Shown here: positions 7,197 to 16,300 of the stretch, one piece after another
How positions within the stretch are numbered: position 1 is the first letter of the stretch
Layout of the letters: every line of letters begins with the position of its first letter
From: Bacillota bacterium
Lineage (GTDB): Bacteria > Bacillota > TC1
Direction: 5' to 3'
Assembly: GCA_041741995.1 (NCBI GenBank)
Contig: JBGSJN010000004.1
Span: 1-54,070 of the forward strand
Length of the DNA: 54,070 nucleotides
Translations under genes and position numbers: made by a program
Notes under the pieces: generated by a model
The model's database searches: none
Seen by the model: only the letters and a program-made list of their open reading frames with translations
What the model was told of the DNA's origin: nothing

Positions 7197-9947
7197 GTGG
7201 AGATGAATTCAATGGATATAAATAAATATCTCATTATTGTTAAAGATGAGGATAAGACTGAAGATATACATTCATATAAATATAAAAATGGTAAATGTTA
7301 TTTAACTTACAAGGGCAGCAGAGAATATGCATACAGCGATTATAATGTTGAAATATATCAGATTATTAATTGTTTTAATGAATCTAATTACGAATCATGG
7401 ACTTCAATATCTTCTTCAGAAGAAATAGAGAAGATTCAGGAATTTGCTGAACATTACAGAGTGTGGCTGAAAAATGGATATAGGCAGTTATTTCCAAGAG
7501 GTAAATTTGATTTTAGTAACATTTGTGTTAAGAAACCAAATCATCAAAAACATGAAACAAAAGATATTATTAATTCACGTTTTTCATATTTCAAAGCATT
7601 GGCTTATATAGATCCATTGGTAAACATAAAAGGTAAAAGTATTCTAGGTAATAGTTATGATTTTATCAAGAAAGTTCATGAGGTTAGTATTTTAAAAATA
7701 TATCTACAAGGGACGCCTTTCATTAACCAATTCAAAAAGAAGTCTAAAGATAATATTTATCCGTTCAGCTTTAATTTAAGTCAAATACAAGCAATTGAAA
7801 ATGCTTTATGTAATAGAGTTAGTGTGATTGAAGGGCCGCCAGGCACAGGGAAGACACAAACTATATTAAATATAATCGCTTATTTGGTAAGTGAGGGGAA
7901 AAGTATAGCTGTAGTTTCCAATAATAATTCTGCAACAAAGAATATATTAGACAAGTTAGAGAAATATGACTTGGGATTCATAGCAGCGTATCTTGGAAAT
8001 GTTGAAAATAAGGATATTTTCATTAGTGAACAAAAAGATATTCCATCTATTGTCAAAACATGGAAATTAGAAAATATAGTAATTAAAAACATAAAAACAA
8101 AACAAAAAAGAATGAAAAATATTTTGATTAATAAACTTGAAAATTTTAACCAACTTTCAAGATATAGGCAGGAATTGGACAAATTAAAAACGGAACAGAA
8201 ACATTTTATTGATTATTACAATACAGAAGTAAAATCTGATATTAATAATAAATTTCTATCAAAATTATCTTCTAAAGACATATTAAAGTTGATAGTAAGA
8301 TGCGATCAAATAGAAGATAGACGATATAGGTTGAAGGAAAAGATTTATAACTTTTTAAGGTACCAAATATATTCGAGAAAATTATACAAAATGAATATAT
8401 ATCTGATAAGCCTTACATTTCAAAAAAGCTTTTATGAAATTAAGGCAAAAGAACTATTGTCATTAATACATAAATTAGAAAAAACATTAGTTGACTTTGA
8501 AGAACAAATGAAAGAATTTACTGATCTTAGCATGAAACTATTCCGTTCAAAAATTTCTGATAAATACAATTATGAAAATCGAAAGAAATTTGATGCAAAA
8601 ACTTTGAAGAGTGAATCAAAAGTCTTCATAAAAGAGTATCCTGTTATATTGAGTACAACACATTCTCTTCGTAATAGTTTGGATGAAAATTTTATATATG
8701 ACTATATTATTATTGATGAGGCATCACAAGTTAATTTGACAACTTCTTCATTAGCGTTTTCTTGTGCAAAAAATGCTGTAATTGTCGGAGATTCTAAACA
8801 GTTGCCTAATGTTGTAGATGCTGAAATGAAAAAACGAACTGACTCAATCTACAATCTATATACTGTTCCTGAGCAGTATTGTTATTCCAAACACAGTATC
8901 TTATCCTCTCTGAATGATTTGTTTCCTCAATTGCCGAAGGTAATGCTTAGAGAGCATTATCGTTGTAGTCCTAAGATTATCGAATTCTGTAATAAAAGAT
9001 ACTATAACGAAGAACTAATTATATTGACAAAAGAAGAAAGTGATAAAAAGAATATATATATTTATGAAACTGCTGCTGGAAATCATGCAAGAGATCGGAT
9101 GAATATACGTCAGATTGATGTTATCAGAGAAGAAATAATTCCGCAGTTGAAGCTTAATCCTCAAATTGATTCAATTGGTATTGTTACTCCTTATCGCAGA
9201 CAGACTGAAGAGTTGCAGAAGGAGTTTAAAGGCACCTTGATTGAGGCTGACACAGTTGATAGATTTCAAGGGAGAGAGAAGGATACCATAATTATTTCTA
9301 CTGTTGATAATGAAATAAGCGAATTTGCTTCAGATGACAATCGGTTAAATGTTGCGGTTTCTCGTGCTGTTAAAAATTTAGTCTTGCTTGTAAATAAAGA
9401 TATACCTAATAAGAAGTCTGGGATTCATGATTTGATGAACTACATAAGATATAACAATGGTGAGGTTTTTGAGAGTAAACTTAGATCAATTTTTGATATT
9501 CTATATAAAAGTTGTCGTGAAGAAAAATTAAAAGCCAGAAAGCGTTTTAAAAGAATATCAGAATTTGATAGTGAGAATATTTTTTTTGATCTGATATCTT
9601 CTATTTTGTTAGATGACGAGTTTAAAGGTTATGTGGTAAATCATCATGTTAGTCTAAAATCTTTGATTAAGGATTATTCTATACTGGATAATGGCAGGGA
9701 ATGGCAATATGCTATGAATGACAATACTCATGTGGATTTTGTCATTTCTGATAAATTTAGTCATCTTCCCTTATTATTGTTTGAAGTTCAAGGTTATATG
9801 TATCATAAGGAAGGTACGGATCAGCATGAAAATGACAAAATCAAGAAGGGTATTTGCGAGAAGTATAATTTAAAACTTGTTGAGGTATGGACAAATGAAC
9901 TTGTGAATCGGGAAAAGGTAATTGATTATTTACGAATGATCAACTAG
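7197..9947 (+). CDS. SF1 (Upf1/DNA2-like, COG1112-type) helicase with an unknown ~200-aa N-terminal domain and a C-terminal restriction-endonuclease-like (DUF2726/DUF559-type) module
   Basis: GPPGTGKT (7833-7856), IIIDEASQ (D507 at 8715), VIVGDSKQLPNV, REHYRCSPKIIEF, VDRFQGREKD and LNVAVSRA are present. The C-terminus reads HVDFVISDK...LLLFEVQGYMYH (9729-9800). The start may be ATG 7212 (SD GGTGGAG). Confidence 0.8.
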   Translation: MEMNSMDINKYLIIVKDEDKTEDIHSYKYKNGKCYLTYKGSREYAYSDYNVEIYQIINCFNESNYESWTSISSSEEIEKIQEFAEHYRVWLKNGYRQLFPRGKFDFSNICVKKPNHQKHETKDIINSRFSYFKALAYIDPLVNIKGKSILGNSYDFIKKVHEVSILKIYLQGTPFINQFKKKSKDNIYPFSFNLSQIQAIENALCNRVSVIEGPPGTGKTQTILNIIAYLVSEGKSIAVVSNNNSATKNILDKLEKYDLGFIAAYLGNVENKDIFISEQKDIPSIVKTWKLENIVIKNIKTKQKRMKNILINKLENFNQLSRYRQELDKLKTEQKHFIDYYNTEVKSDINNKFLSKLSSKDILKLIVRCDQIEDRRYRLKEKIYNFLRYQIYSRKLYKMNIYLISLTFQKSFYEIKAKELLSLIHKLEKTLVDFEEQMKEFTDLSMKLFRSKISDKYNYENRKKFDAKTLKSESKVFIKEYPVILSTTHSLRNSLDENFIYDYIIIDEASQVNLTTSSLAFSCAKNAVIVGDSKQLPNVVDAEMKKRTDSIYNLYTVPEQYCYSKHSILSSLNDLFPQLPKVMLREHYRCSPKIIEFCNKRYYNEELIILTKEESDKKNIYIYETAAGNHARDRMNIRQIDVIREEIIPQLKLNPQIDSIGIVTPYRRQTEELQKEFKGTLIEADTVDRFQGREKDTIIISTVDNEISEFASDDNRLNVAVSRAVKNLVLLVNKDIPNKKSGIHDLMNYIRYNNGEVFESKLRSIFDILYKSCREEKLKARKRFKRISEFDSENIFFDLISSILLDDEFKGYVVNHHVSLKSLIKDYSILDNGREWQYAMNDNTHVDFVISDKFSHLPLLLFEVQGYMYHKEGTDQHENDKIKKGICEKYNLKLVEVWTNELVNREKVIDYLRMIN

Positions 9948-10091
9948 AAAACTATTTATTACAATAATATTCAAAAACAATTTTAATAAAAGTTATTATT
10001 AAATTAAATATGTTGTAGTGAACAATAAACTTCCCAGTAAACTATAAATAATTATTATTTACAGATAATATGTAAAATAAGCGTAAAATTA

Positions 10092-10100
10092 TGATAAAAT
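10092..10100 (+). promoter_or_regulatory. Possible extended -10 (TGATAAAAT) for the two-gene helicase module
   Basis: TGnTAAAAT lies in the AT-rich 232-nt gap upstream of TTG 10180. Confidence 0.2.
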
Positions 10101-10179
10101 TTATCCAAGTTTGTTTATCAAATTTCTATTCATGAAATATATATTTTACTTTTAAAAATAGCTGAAGGGAGTATTTAAT

Positions 10180-13100
10180 TTGCGTAATATTAATGAACTT
10201 ATAGGAATAATACAGGGTATTAACTTCGATGGTGTAATCAACGAAAAGGAAACAATGCGTCTTAAATCTTGGGTTGATATAAATCGCGATCTAGCAATTG
10301 AACATCAGCATAAGGAACTAATAAAGTTAGTAGATGATATTTTAGAAGATAAAATAATAACTAATGAAGAACGTGAAATACTCATTGAATATTCTGAAAA
10401 ATTTCAAAAAGAAAATAGTGATAAAAATTCAAGACTTTATGAATTGAACGGAATTATTGAAGGGATTATTTGTGACGGTGAAATTAACGATTCAGAAATT
10501 TATCGCCTAAAGGAGTGGATGGATATCTATGGAGGATCAATAAGAAAACATAAAATTATGGAAGGATTATCTGAAATTATTGATGAGATTCTTGAAGATG
10601 GGATAATTACTTTTGATGAACAACAAAAACTTCTAAATATGCTCTCAGCAAAAATTGGTGAATCACAGATAAAAATTAAGTTAGATTATCTACGTAAACA
10701 GGTTAAAGAAAAGAAAAATATTGGGATTGATTTAATAGATATTTTGGATAATGAAAATACATTAAAAGAAATACATTTCAGGGCAGAATCGCAACTTGCA
10801 TCGGTCTTGAATTCATATAGCGGAGGATATCCAAAAGATTCTGAAATAGTTGTTATTTCTTTAGTTTTAATTGCTATGCTTGATTATAATGGAAATTATT
10901 ATGGCAACGTGGAAAAAACATATGTTGAATTGTATAATAAATTTTCTAATCAGAAAATTGAGGGAATGATAAGATCAATACTAAACAGATATAGAACAAA
11001 TGAAGAAATTGCGAGCAGAAATAGAATCATTGATGTTGTTTTATCAAATTCAATAGTACCAAGAAATTTTCTAGGTGCTTTTTTTGAATTTATATATGAT
11101 ATCTATAAATTAAACTTTGATTATGATCTACCAGAAGATCCATACGATGATTTTAAGTTTGTTTATGAGGGACTTCGTAATAAAATGTCATCAGATGGTG
11201 ATGATATTCAGCTGAATGTTACACAAAAGACCTACAAATTAATTCAGTCAACAAAAAAACTAATTGCGGAAGCAAAATATCTTGATTCAGTTATTCAATT
11301 AAGTACAATTGTAGCTAAACTAATAGATAATAGAATTTGGAATAAAAATCTAATAACTAATAATTCTTATTTAGCTAAAGGTTTTGAAAGATGGGCAAGT
11401 ACAATTGAAGCTGATGATAAAAGAGATGGCAGTTTGCGTTCCAAATCACAGATGCGTTCTCGTTGGGAACCAAAATTAATTCTTGATGGAAACCAAGTTT
11501 ATTTGTTACCACCAATTCATAAAATTAAGTCTCGATATAACTATTGGGATATTCGTGTGGTTGTAACTAATGGAGACCAAATAATCTATGAAAATAGTCA
11601 ACCTGATATACGTGAGATTATTGGGGGTTATCAGGTCAGTTTTGAAAAAATTAAATTAGTAAAGCCTCTTAGCCAATTAAATTACAGATTAATGGCTGGG
11701 GATGAAACTATATATGATAGTAAAGACAAATTATACAGAAATCTAATAGTATTCAATTCAGATAGATATGAGATTAAGAATAATACAGATTATGAGGGTA
11801 TGGTTATTTTTTGTTACTATAACAACCATGAGAAAATAACTCCATTTTATGAAAGCGAGAATTACAAACTTGCTAATCAGAATATTAAATATGAAGATGT
11901 TTATTTCATAGAAGAAACAATATTTAATTTTTCATCCCTCGAAAAACCAGGAGTTTTTGGTGAAAAATTTGAAGGTCATTACTTAGTTCGTCAGGATGAT
12001 GGTTTGAAAATTAATATATATAAAAGTTTAAGTTTTTTAGTATTCGAGAGTACTAATTGTTCTGCACAACATGATATTGAAATAAATGGTATTAAAAAAA
12101 AGCTTACAGATTTCCATAATACTGTTATTGAAAAAACAGGTGTCTTAAAATATATTGTTGATTTTGATATTAAAGATGCTGGAATATATTTTATTTCTGT
12201 TAACCAGATTATTGATGGTAAGAACAGTAGATTATTTAATTTTGAAGTAGCTTATGATCCAGGTCTAAAAATAGATGAATTAAAATTAGATGATAAGACA
12301 TACATGGTTTCAGTTAAGACAGATTTGAATGTCAATCCTTTAAACCATGATATAAATATTTATGATTTTAATGAAAATGATATAAAGTTTGAATATAAAA
12401 GAAGTGTTTATTCATATTGTATTCCATTTTCATTTGATATTTATAGAATAAATAATGGCAATTGGATACCAATGTCAGATGATATCTGGATTGATGATAT
12501 CTCAAATGATTCGGTTCTTGATATATATGGAAAAGGTATTGATGGCCTAGTGATATATTCAAATAAAGGAAACATTTTGCAAGATGAGATAAAACTGAAA
12601 AATTATGATGTTTTTTCAAAAGTAGCTATAGGCTTTATAGCATCATATAAAACATCTTATGACTATTTAATGTTAGTCTTAACTAGTAATGGCAGAGTAC
12701 ATAAAACTATATTTTGTTATAACAAATGTATACTAAATGAAGATGAGACAGAATTGTTTTTTGATTCTCACAGTTCCTCATTAGTTGTAACAGCAAAATT
12801 TCATGGCAAAGGCAATGTGTTTTTCGAAGTCACAAATATTGATGATGAAACTTTATATAAGAGTGGATTCCTACAAAATGGGGACACAGAAAAAGTATCT
12901 AATCTCTCCTCATTCCAAAAATATAATATTTGTTTTTATGAGAAACCAAAAGGTCTGTCTTTAAATAAATATAATTTTCTAAAAAAATATGAAAAAGTTT
13001 TATATGCACGAGATGAGTTCATTAACCGTTCTTTTAAAATAGATGAAGTTTATTTTAATCAAACAATTAGGGGTGATTTTGTTGAAAAATCATATAGATT

Positions 13101-13389
13101 TAATAAAATGTTTGTAAACTTTTCTGAGAAATTGTCAGATGATTTATTTCTTGGAGAGATAATAGTAAAATCTGAAAGCGGTAACTTTAAGTTGGAAAAT
13201 ATTAATCCTGTTGAAATAGAGATTTGCAGTGAAGTTATTGATAATACTATGGATTTATATATAACAAATGAAAGAGATGGATTGTTAATGGATTTTGAAC
13301 ATCATGGAATTATGAACACTCTTGATGATAAAAAGGCACCGGATATATTTTTATACACTATTGATATGAATGGAGTGAAGATATCTTGA
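10180..13389 (+). CDS. Large (1069 aa) uncharacterised protein with a duplicated TerB-like N-terminal module; candidate DruH-like partner of the downstream DUF1998 helicase
   Basis: TTG start with SD GAAGGGAG 8 nt upstream. I recognise no enzymatic motif, and the C-terminal two-thirds look beta-rich. Its stop overlaps the next gene's start (TTGA). Confidence 0.6.
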   Translation: MRNINELIGIIQGINFDGVINEKETMRLKSWVDINRDLAIEHQHKELIKLVDDILEDKIITNEEREILIEYSEKFQKENSDKNSRLYELNGIIEGIICDGEINDSEIYRLKEWMDIYGGSIRKHKIMEGLSEIIDEILEDGIITFDEQQKLLNMLSAKIGESQIKIKLDYLRKQVKEKKNIGIDLIDILDNENTLKEIHFRAESQLASVLNSYSGGYPKDSEIVVISLVLIAMLDYNGNYYGNVEKTYVELYNKFSNQKIEGMIRSILNRYRTNEEIASRNRIIDVVLSNSIVPRNFLGAFFEFIYDIYKLNFDYDLPEDPYDDFKFVYEGLRNKMSSDGDDIQLNVTQKTYKLIQSTKKLIAEAKYLDSVIQLSTIVAKLIDNRIWNKNLITNNSYLAKGFERWASTIEADDKRDGSLRSKSQMRSRWEPKLILDGNQVYLLPPIHKIKSRYNYWDIRVVVTNGDQIIYENSQPDIREIIGGYQVSFEKIKLVKPLSQLNYRLMAGDETIYDSKDKLYRNLIVFNSDRYEIKNNTDYEGMVIFCYYNNHEKITPFYESENYKLANQNIKYEDVYFIEETIFNFSSLEKPGVFGEKFEGHYLVRQDDGLKINIYKSLSFLVFESTNCSAQHDIEINGIKKKLTDFHNTVIEKTGVLKYIVDFDIKDAGIYFISVNQIIDGKNSRLFNFEVAYDPGLKIDELKLDDKTYMVSVKTDLNVNPLNHDINIYDFNENDIKFEYKRSVYSYCIPFSFDIYRINNGNWIPMSDDIWIDDISNDSVLDIYGKGIDGLVIYSNKGNILQDEIKLKNYDVFSKVAIGFIASYKTSYDYLMLVLTSNGRVHKTIFCYNKCILNEDETELFFDSHSSSLVVTAKFHGKGNVFFEVTNIDDETLYKSGFLQNGDTEKVSNLSSFQKYNICFYEKPKGLSLNKYNFLKKYEKVLYARDEFINRSFKIDEVYFNQTIRGDFVEKSYRFNKMFVNFSEKLSDDLFLGEIIVKSESGNFKLENINPVEIEICSEVIDNTMDLYITNERDGLLMDFEHHGIMNTLDDKKAPDIFLYTIDMNGVKIS
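10189..10653 (+). repeat. Intragenic tandem duplication of a ~72-aa helical module (aa 4-75 and 86-158)
   Basis: INELIGIIQGINFDGVINEKETMRLKSWVD...LVDDILEDKIITNEEREIL aligns with LYELNGIIEGIICDGEINDSEIYRLKEWMD...IIDEILEDGIITFDEQQKL. Confidence 0.8.
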
Positions 13390-16300
13390 AAAAATTGAAT
13401 CCAATAGAAAGATCACAATATATTAATAACCGCTTTAAGGAATATTTACGTTCATCCTTTCAATTTGGTAAAGGTAAACTACAGAAGTTATTTGAAAATC
13501 AATTGGATCAAGAAGAGCTTTTTAAGGGGCCTTACGTTGATCTTAATTTACCTTTTAAAAGAGGTAAGTCTTTAGATGGTTTGATGAATGAAGGTTTAGT
13601 ATGCAAATCATTTTCAAAATTAAGTGATATAAATTTTGAAAGACCATTATATTCACATCAGGAAGAATCGTTGAGAAATATTGGTAGTGGCAGAAGTGCT
13701 ATCATCACAACAGGTACTGGTTCAGGTAAAACTGAAAGTTTCTTATACCCAATATTAAATGATCTTTTGTCAGAAATTGAAAAGGGGAATAAAGATGTTG
13801 GTATAAGAGCAATTTTCCTTTATCCGATGAACGCATTGGTAAACGATCAAATGGACAGATTGCGAAAAATCCTATTAGATTGTCCAGAAATAAAATATGG
13901 TTTTTTTACAGGAGATACAAAAGAAAGTGTACCAGCCAATTACAGAAAAAAATATGGCGAAGATAATGGATTAGTAATTCCAGACAATGAATTAGTATCA
14001 AGGGAGGAGATTAGAGAAAATCCTCCTCATCTTTTGTTTACAAATTATTCAATGCTGGAATACTTATTAATTAGACCTAATGATTATGCGATTTTTGTTC
14101 CTGCTCGTCTTAAAAACTGGAAATATGTCGTTCTTGATGAGGCTCATACATATAGTGGTGCAAAGGGAATTGAGTTATCTATGCTTATGAGGCGATTGAC
14201 CGGACTTGCTCCAGAAAAACCAAGCTTTATTTTAACTAGTGCAACTTTAGGAGAAAAAGGCAAATCTGAAAATGAGATTATTGAATTTGCAAAAAATCTT
14301 ACTTCCGCTAGTTTTGATGTACAGGATATTATTTTCTCGAAAAGAATTCCTTTAAAAAAAGATGATTTGGATTACAGAATTACTGGTAGTGATTATATAA
14401 GAATTAAAGAAAATATAAAGGATTATGGGGTAGTTAAGTCTATTGGTGATAGTTACAAGAAAATAGAATTTGAAGATTTTAAAGAATATTTATTTGAATT
14501 ACTATCTAGTGATAATAATGTCTATGATATCTACAGTATATTGAAAGATGGATGTAAGACAATCGGTACAATACTTGATGGCTTGAATTCGTATGTTTCT
14601 GATTTAGAGTTAATTGCCCTTATTGATTTAATTAATCTGGCAGAGAAGAATAATATTGGTTTATTCGATTTGAAATATCATTCTTTTGTTCGTCCGTTGT
14701 CAGGTGCATATATTAATTTAAGTGAAGATCCTAAAATAATGCTAACAAAAACTAATTATATCGATGGGCTTAAAGCCTTTGAAATAGGAAACTGTAGATT
14801 TTGCGGCTCCCCATATATTGTAGGTAAAATCCAACACAATGATACGGATCAATTAGACTATTTGTTTCAGAATCAAGAGGTCGATATATATGAAAATTAT
14901 GGAAATAATGAATATATAAAACTTGATTTTTTTCTAATGGAAAATGCTGTTAATGAAGATGAGTATGATAAATCAAATCTTGAGGAGTATGTTATTTGTG
15001 TTAAGTGTGGTTCATTACACCATTCAAAAAATTTAAATTCTAGAAAATGTACGTGTGACACATCCTTTCATAAAATAATTTATAGGGTAGGTCAATCAAA
15101 TACTGATGATAAAGAGAATTTGAATAATATTACTCAATGTCCATGTTGTGGAGATAAAGGTAGATCAGGGGTAGTAAAAACAGTTAACTTAGGAAAAGAT
15201 GAAGGTACAGCAATAGTAGCACAGACATTGTTTGAAGCTATTGGTGATGATTCTGAAAAAACAGAAAAAACAGGTAAATTATCTTTAAAATTAAAAGATA
15301 AGAATGAAAGTATAAAATTACAGGATAAAGTAAAACAATTTCTAGCTTTCTCAGATAGCAGGCAACAGGCAAGTTTTGCTGCTGTTTTTTTGGATTCAAA
15401 TCATGTTAGAATGCTTCGCAAAAGATTGATCTGGAATGTTATAGAAGACCAGAATTATCGAGATATAGCTGTAGATGAGTTAGCATCATATTTATCTTCA
15501 ACCATAAAAACAAAAGATCTATTTTCAAATGATTTGACAGCCCATAAAAATGCCTGGGTAACAATATTAATAGATTTATTAAGAGTAGATGGTGCGTATG
15601 ATGGAGAAGGATTAGGATTGTTCTATTTTGCTATCGACCTAAGGGATATATTGGATAGAATTGATGATGAAGATATCCATGAAACATTTGGTAGATATAA
15701 TATTGATAAAAATGACTTAGCAACAATAATACAAGTTGCATTCAATATTTTCAAAACTACTCCTGCAGTAAGTTATATAAAATCTACACTAACTCCTGAT
15801 GAGAAAAAGGAGTACATGGAATATAGAAGATTTGATAATTATGTAATGTACAATTGCCAAAAGTCTATAAAAGGAATAAGAAGTCTGCTACCTATTAAGG
15901 GCGGTGAAAATAAAATTATTAGATATTTAAAAAAGGTTTGTAAATGTAGCAATGAAGAAGCTGCTGAAATTTTGGATATTATATTTAATAGCTTGGCCGT
16001 TGGTATATCGGGAATAGAGGGAACCGAAAGGTTAATGATAAAACATGATAAAGAAGAGGCATACCAGATTGATAGCAGTAAATACATTTTAAAGAATTAT
16101 AAAAATTCGAATTATTATCAGTGTTCTAAATGTGGAAAGCTAACACCTCATAATGTTCATGATGTGTGCACACAGGACAAGTGTGACGGAATGCTTGTTG
16201 AGATAGATCCAGATCAGGTTTTAGGTCATAATTACTACAGAAGTCAGTATAAAACAAAAAAGATAGAACGGATTGTAATTAAGGAACATACAGCACAACT

